64,000 nucleotides of DNA, from positions 14,604 to 78,603 of the forward strand of contig JBJXGH010000180.1 in NCBI GenBank assembly GCA_046153685.1. The letters run 5' to 3'. This document shows, in pieces, positions 44,767-53,921 of this stretch (positions within the stretch are counted from its first letter, which is position 1; each line of letters begins with the position of its first letter). Source of the DNA: Alphaproteobacteria bacterium. Its GTDB lineage: Bacteria; Pseudomonadota; Alphaproteobacteria; CADEGL01. The notes below the pieces were generated by a model. It saw only the letters and a list, made by a program, of their open reading frames with translations, was not told where the DNA came from and ran no database searches. Both the position numbers and the translations under genes were made by a program.

Positions 44767-45666
44767 ATGAGTTATTGCGTCTTCATGCATCGGGCGGACT
44801 CGATTTACGACGACAGCCCCGCCGAGCGATACCAGTTCCCTAAGCAGTATCTGAGCCGGGCAAACGGCAGCATTGGAGATTGGGTCGTATATCTTGAGCC
44901 TTCACGAATACCTGGCACGCGCGGTTATTTTGCGATCGCGCGGGTGCAGCAGATCATTCCCGATCCCAAAGCTCCCAGCATGTATCTGGCGCTCATTGAG
45001 CCTGGTTCCTATCTCGATTTCGCGCGCCCCGTGCCATTCAATGAAAGGGATGGTCCGATTGAGCGAGGGTTGCTGAACACGCACGGCAATCTTTCGGGGC
45101 GCGTACAAGCAGCAGTGCGCCCAATCTCTCCGCAAGACTTCAACCGGATCATTGAACGCGGAATCGATGATCAGGAACCATTGCTCCCGCGCGTCGCAGA
45201 TTCGGAATCAGTTACGGGCTTCGAAGACGGTCAAACGCCGTATATCCTCGAACAACCCAGAGACAGGGTTCGGTTCCTGACATCGCGCGTTGTGCGCGAT
45301 CGTGTTTTTCGCAAGATTGTCCTTCGCGCCTATGACGAGCGTTGCGCGATTAGTGGCCTGAAGATCGTTAATGGTGGCGGTAGAGCGGAGGTCGATGCCG
45401 CACATATCCAACCAGTGCAGCACAAAGGCCCTGACATCCTCCATAACGGCATCGCCTTGTCGGGTACAGCGCATTGGATGTTTGATCGTGGCCTCATAAG
45501 CCTTTCGGACGATCTTGAGATTCTCATTTCCCGTCAGACCAACGATGTCGCCAGCGTGCAATCTTTCATCAACAAGGGTGGCCGCGCCACGCCGCCGCTA
45601 CGTGTCGCGGATCGGCCGCATCCGCACTTTCTAAAGTGGCACCGCGACAACTGTTTCAAAAGTTGA
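44767..45666 (+). CDS. HNH_2 (COG3440-type) endonuclease with about 190-aa N-terminal domain; candidate modification-dependent (type IV) restriction enzyme
   Basis: C-terminal CAISGLKIVNGGGRAEVDAAHIQPVQHKGPDILHNGIALSGTAHWMFDRGLISL matches the HNH_2 pattern C.I.G...L.AAHI.P....D...NG..L....H..FD.GLI. N-terminal domain of unassigned family. Lies in the lower-GC island. Confidence 0.7.
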   Translation: MSYCVFMHRADSIYDDSPAERYQFPKQYLSRANGSIGDWVVYLEPSRIPGTRGYFAIARVQQIIPDPKAPSMYLALIEPGSYLDFARPVPFNERDGPIERGLLNTHGNLSGRVQAAVRPISPQDFNRIIERGIDDQEPLLPRVADSESVTGFEDGQTPYILEQPRDRVRFLTSRVVRDRVFRKIVLRAYDERCAISGLKIVNGGGRAEVDAAHIQPVQHKGPDILHNGIALSGTAHWMFDRGLISLSDDLEILISRQTNDVASVQSFINKGGRATPPLRVADRPHPHFLKWHRDNCFKS

Positions 45667-45857
45667 GTCTTCGGGAGAACGCCCGGCTCAAACGGCTGGA
45701 GGCAGATCTCTCGCTCGAGAAGCAGGCGCTCAAGGATATTGCCTCGGGAAGCTTGAAAGGCCCGAACGGCGTTGGCGGGCGGCGGATGAATTCGGCCTTG
45801 TAGATGCCGCCGATCATTCATGGGCGCGCCGCCGCTCTTCGTCTGACTAATTGGCAT

Positions 45858-46424
45858 TCAGATGTTGCGGCTATCGTAGGCCCAGTGCAGCAAGGCCTGT
45901 CGCTGGCGCGGTCTGCAAAAGGGATCGCCTGGTTCGCAGTTCTGTTTGATCTGCGCGATGTGTCGCCGGAACGCCTTCCAGCGCTTGATCTGGCGCTTGT
46001 CTTCCTGGGGCAGCCGCCGCCCCATGAAATAACGGCAGTACCACTGGAACCAGCCGCGCGGATCGTCGTCGTGAAGCCAACCGTTCCGACGCCACACCGA
46101 GAGAGGCTGGCTCGCATCGACACCGAAATAGTTGAGGGCGTCATTCCTGCCGGACAGCGACAGCTTGGCGTGCGTGAACCAGCTCGGGGGAAATTCCCTT
46201 CGGCAGTCAGTCAGGTACTTGCCGCCGAAAACACCGAGCGTCAGCATGTCCTTGGGTGTGAGTTCAGGGCGGAATTCCGGGTCGAAATTGCGCCCGAGCG
46301 GTTCCGTCAGGATGTAACGGTATCCCCGCTGCATCGTGTCGTTGACGATCACGCGCCTGACTCGATATCGCTTGGAGCTTTCCGCTCGATCCTGCGAATT
46401 CGATCTATCCATGACCGCGAACAC
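45858..46424 (-). CDS. Hypothetical protein (188 aa, basic, Trp/Arg-rich)
   Basis: Complete ORF convergent with the HNH gene; ...TLGVFGGKYLTD...WFQWYCRYFMGRRLPQEDKRQIKRWKAFRRHI. No family recognised by eye. Confidence 0.4.
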   Translation of the reverse strand: MFAVMDRSNSQDRAESSKRYRVRRVIVNDTMQRGYRYILTEPLGRNFDPEFRPELTPKDMLTLGVFGGKYLTDCRREFPPSWFTHAKLSLSGRNDALNYFGVDASQPLSVWRRNGWLHDDDPRGWFQWYCRYFMGRRLPQEDKRQIKRWKAFRRHIAQIKQNCEPGDPFCRPRQRQALLHWAYDSRNI

Positions 46425-46534
46425 TCGTTGCGTTGCGACTTGATCTGACGCGCATCGCGAGCCGGATAACGGGGCTCATTCTCAGACCCGTTTCCCGCCC
46501 AGGCGGTAAACCCGTGCCGCATCCAGCCGGTACG

Positions 46535-46594
46535 CCATGGCCCCCGTTGCCATGGTCCCCGTTGCCATGGTCCCCGTTGCCATGGTCCCCGTTG
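46535..46594. repeat. Perfect tandem repeat, 4 copies of a 15-bp unit (CCATGGTCCCCGTTG)
   Basis: ccatggcccccgttg ccatggtccccgttg x3, read directly. It encodes (QRGPW)4 in the minus frame of a doubtful 158-aa ORF. Confidence 0.7.
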
Positions 46595-46712
46595 AATGAG
46601 CTTGGCCGCTAGGATGCCGGATTCGAGCGTCTTACCCAAGCCAGTTGGACCCGCAATCAAAATACGCCGCCTTGGCTGCCTGAGCGCATGCGGTGCCGGG
46701 CCCAACCGGCGC

Positions 46713-46900
46713 TGACCTGCGCCCGCAGGACTCCTCCGGATTTGAGTAGAGTCCGTCGAGCAGGGAAAAGGGACGATGAAGGCGGGCCGGTTTGCGAAAG
46801 AGCACATCATCGCGATCTTTCGCAAGTAAGAGGCGGGAGCGAATGCGGCGGATGTGTCCGGTCTGCAGGGGATCAGCGGGGCGGCGTTTGATCCGAGCCT
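46713..46900 (+). mobile_element. IS3-family (IS407-group-like) left end with frameshifted orfA remnant
   Basis: TGACCTGCGCCC... terminal-IR-like start at 46713. ATG 46776 encodes MKAGRFAKEHIIAIFRK* then a shifted-frame EAGANAADVSGLQGISGAAFDPS (compare IS407-group OrfA ...EEQIIGFLKQAEAGMAVKDLCRKHGFSDATFY). It abuts a truncated ABC-ATPase gene. Confidence 0.45.
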
Positions 46901-46956
46901 CGACTTTCATCCCAATCAGCGCGTCTGTCGCTGGCGGACAAGGTGGTTGGCATGGG

Positions 46957-47280
46957 TCAATGCGATTCCTCGCGCGCGCCCAACGCTTGCTTGGCGGGAA
47001 CTCGATCGGCGTGTGCGATTGGGCCGTCAATGACGATGCGCAAGCCGCCATGCTGGGAATCGGTCAAGGGGCGCGCGGCGATCCGGAACACCCTTGCAAT
47101 GGCCTCGGCGGTGAAGACGGCGGATGGCGGCCCTGCCGCGGCTATCCGGCCGTTGAGGGCGATGACGGTCGTCGCGTATCGCGCGGCAAGGTCGATATCG
47201 TGCAAGACCGCCACGACCAACGCGTCCGAGTGGGCGAGTGAGACGCAGTGCGCCATGAGGTTGTGCTGAATCAGCCCGGC
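46957..47280 (-). pseudogene. Truncated ABC-transporter ATP-binding protein (FecE/HmuV-like), C-terminal fragment only
   Basis: ...LIQHNLMAHCVSLAHSDALVVAVLHDIDLAARYATTVIALNGRIAAAGPP... matches the H-loop/C-terminal region of iron-siderophore/haem ABC ATPases. Walker A/B, signature and start are missing; an in-frame stop sits at about 47280. Confidence 0.5.
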
Positions 47281-47331
47281 ATAGAGGATTTAGTCGCCTC
47301 CAGCGTCCGATCCGATGGGCGATCCGTCTCC

Positions 47332-48482
47332 TCAGTTGAGGCCGGAGAGCACCTTGAGTCCCCAACTGCCGCCAGCCGTCAGGATCACCACGAGCCAAGG
47401 CGGAATCTTCCGAAAAACCAAAAGCGCGAACGCGGCCAGCGCGAGGGCAAAATCGCCGGGCGAGAGAATGCCGCTCGTCCAAACCGGATTGTATAGCGCG
47501 GCGAGCAGAATCCCGACCACGGCGGCATTGATGCCGAGCAACGCCTTCTGGACGAGACGCGATTGGCGCACGGTGTCCCAGAATGGCAGCGCCCCCACGA
47601 TCAGTAAGAAGGACGGCGCGTAAATCGCGGTCAGACAGATCAAAGCGCCGAGCCATCCATTCGGCGCCGGTCCCATCACGGTGCCGAGATAGGCCGCGAA
47701 GGTGAACAACGGGCCCGGAACGGCCTGCGCCGCGCCGTAGCCGGCGAGAAAGGCGTCGTTCGACACCCATCCAGGCGGCACGACCGCGGACTGAAGCAGA
47801 GGCAGCACGACATGGCCGCCGCCGAAGACCAGGGCGCCCGAGCGGTAGAAGTTGTCGATGAGCGCCAGAGTCTGCGAGGGATAGGCGGAAGCGAGTATCG
47901 GCCGGCCGATCAGCAGCGCGAAGTACAGCGCCAGCGCCGTAAGGGCAACGCACTTACCGACTTCAATGCCCAGCGTGACCTGGCGCGAATTCATTTCGGC
48001 GCGCAGAAATGCGATCCCCATCAACCCGCCGGCGATGATGACGGCGATCTGGGCGAACGGCGTCGGCGCGGCGAGCACCGCGCCCGCGCCATTCCCCAGA
48101 CCGCCAGGGCAACGACCGCGACAGCGACCACCTTCAGGCCGTGCAGCACGGCGCCGGGAATCGCGTCGTGAAAAGCCGCCATGCCGTAGCCGAAGGCCAG
48201 GAGGGAGAGCGCCTATGGCATGGAGAAGGCGAACCAGGCGGCGAACGCTCCCGGCAGCCCCGCCTTGGCAAGCCCGATTCCGATCCCGACCTGGCTCGAT
48301 GCCGGCCCGGGAAGGAACTGGCACAACGCGACCAAGTCGGAGTAAGCGCGACCGTCGATCCAGCGGCGGCGCTTCACGAAGGCGTCGCGAAAATATCCGA
48401 GATGTGCGACCGGCCCGCCGAACGAGGTGAAGCCGAGCTGGAGGAAGGCGAGGAAGACGGCCGCGACCGGCTCGCGCTGCAT
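47332..48482 (-). pseudogene. chrA: Chromate transporter ChrA, disrupted (in-frame stop plus frameshift)
   Basis: N-terminal half ...FLAFLQLGFTSFGGPVAHLGYFRDAFVKRRRWIDGRAYSDLVALCQFLPGPASSQVGIGIGL... ends at an in-frame TAG (48213-48215), followed directly by ChrA-like ALSLLAFGYGMAAFHDAIPGAV... A frame change near 48060 leads into the C-terminal half. Confidence 0.6.
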
Positions 48483-48774
48483 CTGCCGATCCGGCTTGGC
48501 GGCCTCGTCCGCATCGCGCATCGGACTTGGCCCCACCCGATTTATCGATTCATGATTCGAACCTCGACCTTTCGCGCGGCGGGGTCAAGCGCGGCGAAAC
48601 CGGTGCGGCGCCTCCCGCCGTCCATAACGGTTCATTTTCTCGACGCAAGCGACGAAGCTCGACCGCGTAACCATGTCGGCGCCGCGCGCGCCGCAACACG
48701 GAAGGCCAGATCCGAATTGCGCGCCAAGCGCTCCAATCCCCCGGCCTGTGCGATGGCTCTTCAAGCCTTCCGCC

Positions 48775-49872
48775 ATGCTTCGAATGTTTCCGTGCGCGCC
48801 ACCCTTGCGGACTTATCCGAAGGAGCGCACAATTTTCGGGCTCTGGAACGGCGATCGAGTGGTAACGCAGGTGACGGATTCGGTTCTTGCCGGTAAAGTG
48901 AACACCGGCGGGTGGGCTCCTCCGGAAGGAGTCGTCTCGCCGCCGCTGTTCGTATGGCCGCCCAGGCCGGTGGCCCTTCTGCGATGGCTGTTCAGCGTGC
49001 CGGGCTATCTGTTCCCGTGGAACGTGTTCTACATCGGCACCGCGCTTCTCGTGTGGATGTTCCTTATCCCCGAGATGGCGGCGATGAAGACTTTAGAATT
49101 CGGCTGGATCGCGCGTCTTTTCGCCATCAACGCGGCCTTGGTCTTCGTCTTCACCAGCGCATGGCATGTGCGGCTTTACACCCAGCGCGCACAGGACGTC
49201 ACGTTCAAGTTCGACGAGCAGTGGCCCAAATCGAACTCGTCCTTTCTCTTCGGCAATCAGCACTTCGATAACATGATCTGGACGATGCTGAGCGCCGTTC
49301 CGGTGATGACGGCCTATCTGGCGGTCATTCTGTGGGCGATGGCGAACGGCTTTGTGCCTTATGTGGAATGGGCCGACCAGCCGATCTATCTCGGCCTCGT
49401 CATGCTGGCTACGCAAGTGTTCCGCGACGTGCATTTCTACTGCATTCACCGGCTGATCCACTGGCCGCCGCTCTATCGCTGGATACACAGCCTTCATCAT
49501 AAGAACTCGAACCCCGGTCCGTGGTCGGGGCTGGCGATGCACCCGGTCGAGCACGTCCTGTATTTTTCCAGCCTGCTGATCCACTGGGTGGTGCCGTCCC
49601 ATCCGCTGCTGGTCCTTTATCACATGGTGGCTTCCGCCTTTGGGCCGTCGCGGGACCATTGCGGCTTTTCCTCGGTGGTGATCGGCGGCAAGGCGCGAAT
49701 CCCCGCGGCCTCGTACATGCATTATCTGCATCACCGATATTTCGAGGTGAACTACGGCGACAGCATCACGCCGATCGATCGGTGGTTTGGTACGTGGCAC
49801 GATGGCTCGCGCGTCGCGCACGCGGCGATGAAGCGGCGCATGATCAGGAATAAAACGCGCGGTGCCGCCTGA
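48775..49872 (+). CDS. Fatty-acid-hydroxylase superfamily membrane protein (sterol-desaturase family; di-iron His-box enzyme)
   Basis: His boxes HRLIHW...HSLHHK...HYLHHRY in a multi-TM protein. Start uncertain (ATG 48775 chosen; the listed ORF begins at 48673). Confidence 0.65.
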   Translation: MLRMFPCAPPLRTYPKERTIFGLWNGDRVVTQVTDSVLAGKVNTGGWAPPEGVVSPPLFVWPPRPVALLRWLFSVPGYLFPWNVFYIGTALLVWMFLIPEMAAMKTLEFGWIARLFAINAALVFVFTSAWHVRLYTQRAQDVTFKFDEQWPKSNSSFLFGNQHFDNMIWTMLSAVPVMTAYLAVILWAMANGFVPYVEWADQPIYLGLVMLATQVFRDVHFYCIHRLIHWPPLYRWIHSLHHKNSNPGPWSGLAMHPVEHVLYFSSLLIHWVVPSHPLLVLYHMVASAFGPSRDHCGFSSVVIGGKARIPAASYMHYLHHRYFEVNYGDSITPIDRWFGTWHDGSRVAHAAMKRRMIRNKTRGAA

Positions 49873-50144
49873 CGCGCCGCATGACTCTTGATGCCGATAT
49901 CCCAGATCATGCGCGCCCGCCCAAGCGATGCCCAAGAGCCGATCCCAACGGAGGGCGCTGTCTTGGATGCGGCGATGGAGCGCGGCGACGACGAGACGCG
50001 GAGGGCCGGGGAAGATTTTCATCGGCTTCGGCCCTGATGGTTTGGAAGCTGGTCTTTCCATGATTTGGCCACGCCGGTGCGGCGGGGCACTCGCCCGGGC
50101 CTTGCGCTATGATATGTGCCGCGCGGAAAAGACGAGAGGTCAGA

Positions 50145-51080
50145 ATGCTCGACAATCCCATCCCCTGGCCGAACGGCGCGCGCTGCGCGGTCGCGATCAC
50201 GTGGGACGTCGATTGCGATAGTGGGCTCAACTATTACAATCCCGAACGCGCGGACAATCTTGTCGCGTCCCAATCCCAGGTCCGCTACGACGCGGCGGTC
50301 GCGGTGCCGAGGCTGGTGAAGTTGCTAAAGCGCCTCGAGATGCGCCAGACCTTCTTCGTGCCCGGCTGGTGCATCGAGAAATTCCCGGCCAGCATGGACT
50401 CGCTCATCGCGGGTGGCCACGAACTGGCGCTCCATGGCTATCTGCACGAACGGCCGAACGAATTGTCGCCGGAGGAAGAACTTCGCGTCCTGCGCTTCGG
50501 CGTCGAGGCGTTCCGGCGCCATACCGGCGCGCGGCCGCGCGGCTGGCGCGCGCCCAGTTTCGCGTTCTCGAAGCACTCGCTCGGCTATCTCATCGCCGAG
50601 GGCTTTACCTACGATTCCTCGCTGATGGGCGACGATGTGCCCTATGTGCTTCGGCACGAGACCGGCAGTTTGTTGGAGCTGCCGACCGAATGGTGCCTCG
50701 ACGACTGGCCGCATTACGTCCACAACCGAGATTTCCGCCACCAGATGCCGATTTCGCCGCCCAGCCGGGCCATCGAGGTGTTTCGGGCCGAGTTCGACGC
50801 GGCGTGGAAGCACGGCGCGCTTTGGGTCAGTGTCTGGCACCCCTTCGTCAGTGGGCGGCTGTCCCGGCTCGAGGCCGTCATCGGCCTCATCGAATACATG
50901 CAGTCCAAGGGGAATGTGTGGTTCGCAACCCTGGGCGAAATCGCCGACCACGTGAAAGCCCTCGCCGATGGCGGACGGTGGATGCCGCGCGTGGACAATC
51001 TGCCCTACTACACGAGCCCGATCCCGGAAATAGCCAAACCGGCGATCGTCGCGTCCGCGCCGCGCAAACGCGGCACTTAA
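50145..51080 (+). CDS. Polysaccharide deacetylase (NodB-homology, CE4) family protein
   Basis: ...CAVAITWDVDCDSG...TFFVPGW...HGYLHE... contains the NodB motifs (TxDxD, H-x-x-H). Start at ATG 50145 with a GAGAGG SD. Confidence 0.75.
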   Translation: MLDNPIPWPNGARCAVAITWDVDCDSGLNYYNPERADNLVASQSQVRYDAAVAVPRLVKLLKRLEMRQTFFVPGWCIEKFPASMDSLIAGGHELALHGYLHERPNELSPEEELRVLRFGVEAFRRHTGARPRGWRAPSFAFSKHSLGYLIAEGFTYDSSLMGDDVPYVLRHETGSLLELPTEWCLDDWPHYVHNRDFRHQMPISPPSRAIEVFRAEFDAAWKHGALWVSVWHPFVSGRLSRLEAVIGLIEYMQSKGNVWFATLGEIADHVKALADGGRWMPRVDNLPYYTSPIPEIAKPAIVASAPRKRGT

Positions 51081-51134
51081 GCCGCCACCGGCGGGGCGAT
51101 CGAGGGCCGCGATCGGCCATGGGGAGGGGAAGAC

Positions 51135-51962
51135 ATGCCGAAGATGTTGTCGCCGGCGGCCGTAAGCCAATTCCATGACCACGGCTATCTCTCGCCGGTG
51201 GCCGCATTGTCGCCCGACGAGGTCGCGCGCAACCGGCTTTCCCTCGCTTCGTTCGAAGCGCGCGAGGGCGGCAAGCTCGCGGGTGCCGCGCGAAACAAGT
51301 CGCACCTGTTCCTGCGCTGGCTCTACGACCTTGCCCGTCATCCCAAGATCCTCGACGCCGTCGAGGATCTGATCGGGCCGGACATCCTGCTGTATCACGC
51401 CCAATGGTTCATCAAGGAGCCGCACACCCCGCACTTCGTCTCGCTCCACCAGGATTCGGCCTATTGGTCCCTGGCCTCGCCGCAGGGCTTGTCGGCCTGG
51501 ATTGCTTTCGAGGATTGCGACGCCGAGAACGGCTGCATGCGCGTGATTCCGGATACCCATCGCGACGCCCTGGCGCACGTGGACAGGCAGGCGCCCGACA
51601 ATCTGTTGTGGCGTGGCCAGACGGTGGCAGCGGAGATCGACGAAGCGAGGGCGGTGGAGATGCCGCTTCGGGCCGGCGAAATGTCTCTGCACCATGCGCG
51701 CATCGTCCATGGCTCGGGGCCCAATCGCTCGCCGCGCCGGCGCATCGGCTATTCCCTGCGCTATATCCCGACCTCGATCGCGCGCAACGGGCCGCGCGAC
51801 AGCGCCATGCTCGTGCGCGGGGTCGATCGCTACCATCATTTCGACTTGGAACCCGCGCCCGGCGCTGATTACGAGCCGACGGCCGTGGCGCTTCATGCCG
51901 AGATCAACCGGCGCTTCATGGAGCACTACACCGCCGCCACGCCCGAGAGGGCGGCGCAATAG
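51135..51962 (+). CDS. Phytanoyl-CoA dioxygenase (PhyH) family Fe(II)/2OG oxygenase (second copy in window)
   Basis: ...FVSLHQDSAYW... (HxD) ... LHHARIVHGSGPN (distal His). Tight spacing to flanking genes suggests an operon. Confidence 0.75.
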   Translation: MPKMLSPAAVSQFHDHGYLSPVAALSPDEVARNRLSLASFEAREGGKLAGAARNKSHLFLRWLYDLARHPKILDAVEDLIGPDILLYHAQWFIKEPHTPHFVSLHQDSAYWSLASPQGLSAWIAFEDCDAENGCMRVIPDTHRDALAHVDRQAPDNLLWRGQTVAAEIDEARAVEMPLRAGEMSLHHARIVHGSGPNRSPRRRIGYSLRYIPTSIARNGPRDSAMLVRGVDRYHHFDLEPAPGADYEPTAVALHAEINRRFMEHYTAATPERAAQ

Positions 51963-51981
51963 GCAATTCAAGAGAACGGCG

Positions 51982-52788
51982 ATGATGCGCGCGTGGCAAT
52001 CGAAGGCAGAGGCGGAGCTCGGCGCCGCAACCCTGCAAGCGCTGTTCGACAACCGGATCCCGGCCATCCGGATCAAGGACTTTGCGACCGAGGAGGAGTG
52101 CCGGCGCTTTGCCGCCGCTGTCACGGAGGCCGAACAACATCCCATCGTCTTCGCCTCGAAGGACGGCGAGGCGCTGTCGAAACCTAAGATCGGTTATATC
52201 GGCATCTTCCAGCATTTTTACCGGCACAGGGACAAAAGCGCCTATTTCGCCGATGTGGCGGCGGCGCAAGCGCGGCTGCGCGAAATTTTCGCGCGCTCGT
52301 TCGACCCCATCGCGCGCATGCAAGACTTGTTGCGCGTATACGCCCAGGCTTCCGTCGCGATCGCGGACGAGGGCGAAGGCTACGGGTGCTATTATGCCGG
52401 CATCGTCCGCGCAATGACGGTTGGCGCCGATCTCCATTGCGACTACCACCCCTATTATGCGCGCCCCTACCGGATCGGCCGGATCGATGCCCAGATTGGC
52501 TGGAACATTTACGCTTCTGGCCGGGGGGGCGGGGGCGAGCTCGTGGTCTACAACAATCCCTGGACGCCCCAGGTTAGGGGCGATGAAATCCCCGAGAGCT
52601 TTCCCCTGCCGCGCAGCTCGACCGAGGGCGCGGAACGATTCGTGATCGAGATCAGGGCGGGCGATGTCGTCCTGTTCAACACCCGCAATCCGCACGAAAT
52701 CCTGCCCTCCAAGGGTGACGAGCCGCGCATCTCGCTCGGCACCTTTCTCGGCCGTTTGCCGGAAGGCAATCTGTTGATGTGGTCCTAG
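51982..52788 (+). CDS. Putative 2-His-1-carboxylate (2OG/Fe(II)-oxygenase-like) protein
   Basis: ...GADLHCDYHPYY... (HxD) ... VLFNTRNPHEILPS (distal His) ... RISLGTFLG. Start at ATG 51982 inside a longer listed ORF. Family assignment tentative. Confidence 0.45.
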   Translation: MMRAWQSKAEAELGAATLQALFDNRIPAIRIKDFATEEECRRFAAAVTEAEQHPIVFASKDGEALSKPKIGYIGIFQHFYRHRDKSAYFADVAAAQARLREIFARSFDPIARMQDLLRVYAQASVAIADEGEGYGCYYAGIVRAMTVGADLHCDYHPYYARPYRIGRIDAQIGWNIYASGRGGGGELVVYNNPWTPQVRGDEIPESFPLPRSSTEGAERFVIEIRAGDVVLFNTRNPHEILPSKGDEPRISLGTFLGRLPEGNLLMWS

Positions 52789-52922
52789 AGCGGAGGGAAT
52801 TGCCGGGCGAGGGCTGCGCCCGGGGCCATCGCGCGGACCCGAAAGGCGGACTCAGAAAAATTGGGCCACGATCCAGGCCGTCCGCCCTTTTCGCGCCCGG
52901 TCCGATGCCCTAGATATCGTGC

Positions 52923-53513
52923 ATGACTCAATCCGGTTCCGAATCGCCCGTGTCCAAACCCCCCATGTCCAAGCCCAAGGCCCAATTGCGGCCCTTGCCG
53001 CGCCTGATCTTCGCGTCCCGCTGGTTGCAACTGCCGCTCTATCTGGGTCTGATTGTCGCGCAATGCGTCTATGTCGTGCTGTTCCTCAAGGAGTTGCTGC
53101 ACCTCGTGACGCACAGCTTCTCGTTCAGCGAGCAGCAGATCATGCTGGTCGTGCTCGGCCTCATCGACGTCGTGATGATCTCGAATCTTCTGATCATGGT
53201 GATCGTGGGCGGCTATGAAACCTTCGTCTCGCGGCTTGAGCTCGAAAACCACCCCGATCAGCCGGAATGGCTGAGCCATGTGAACGCCAGTGTCCTCAAG
53301 ATCAAGCTGGCCATGGCGATCGTCGGCATTTCCTCCATCCACCTGCTGCGCACCTTCATCGAGGCGGGCAATCTCGGCAGCGATCGCACGATCTATACCG
53401 AGAACGGCGTCATGTGGCAGGCGATTATTCACGCCCTGTTCATTGCCTCCGCGCTCGGCATCGCGATGGTGGATAGAATCGGCCAAGCCCCGGGCGATAG
53501 CCGGTATCGGTGA
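52923..53513 (+). CDS. YqhA/UPF0114 family membrane protein
   Basis: ...[20 protein letters not shown]...[13 protein letters not shown]... is typical of the UPF0114 (YqhA) family. Confidence 0.6.
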   Translation: MTQSGSESPVSKPPMSKPKAQLRPLPRLIFASRWLQLPLYLGLIVAQCVYVVLFLKELLHLVTHSFSFSEQQIMLVVLGLIDVVMISNLLIMVIVGGYETFVSRLELENHPDQPEWLSHVNASVLKIKLAMAIVGISSIHLLRTFIEAGNLGSDRTIYTENGVMWQAIIHALFIASALGIAMVDRIGQAPGDSRYR

Positions 53514-53547
53514 GGCGCGGCCGAGGCGGGGCGCAGGACCCGGCGCG

Positions 53548-53856
53548 TCACATCTTGGGCGGACGGGTTTCGCGGGCCCGCATGACATAGCCAGTGAAGC
53601 TCGGGCGCTGCTTCTGATAGGGCGCCACCAGCGCGATCGCCGTTTCGATGAAATCGCCCTTGGCGGTTGCGTCCGCGTCTTCCTTGGTTTCCCACAGCGT
53701 GATCGACAGCGCCGAACCGGTGCCGGGCTCGATGTACAGCGTGCCCTCGCGGAAGCCCTTTTGCACCGTGAACGGGGCGAGGGCCTTCTTGTAGGCGGCG
53801 GTCAACTCGCTCTCCTTGCCTTCGACCACGTCGAAACGGCCGATGCGTGCGTACAT
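53548..53856 (-). CDS. ABM-domain monooxygenase-like protein (paralogue of 39611..39913)
   Basis: MYARIGRFDVVEGKESELTAAYKK...ALSITLWETKEDADAT parallels MFARINRFEVADNKEAELTAAYRK...AVSVTFWDTKENMERT. Confidence 0.6.
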   Translation of the reverse strand: MYARIGRFDVVEGKESELTAAYKKALAPFTVQKGFREGTLYIEPGTGSALSITLWETKEDADATAKGDFIETAIALVAPYQKQRPSFTGYVMRARETRPPKM

Positions 53857-53921
53857 GAACGTTCTCCCTTGGATGGACCGCGACGCGCCCCGATTTGGGT
53901 GCGTTCACGGTCGCTCGATTG

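Noticed and set aside
50325-52145. 606-aa minus-strand ORF
   Set aside because: Antisense to the deacetylase and PhyH genes. No domains; typical GC-rich antisense open frame.
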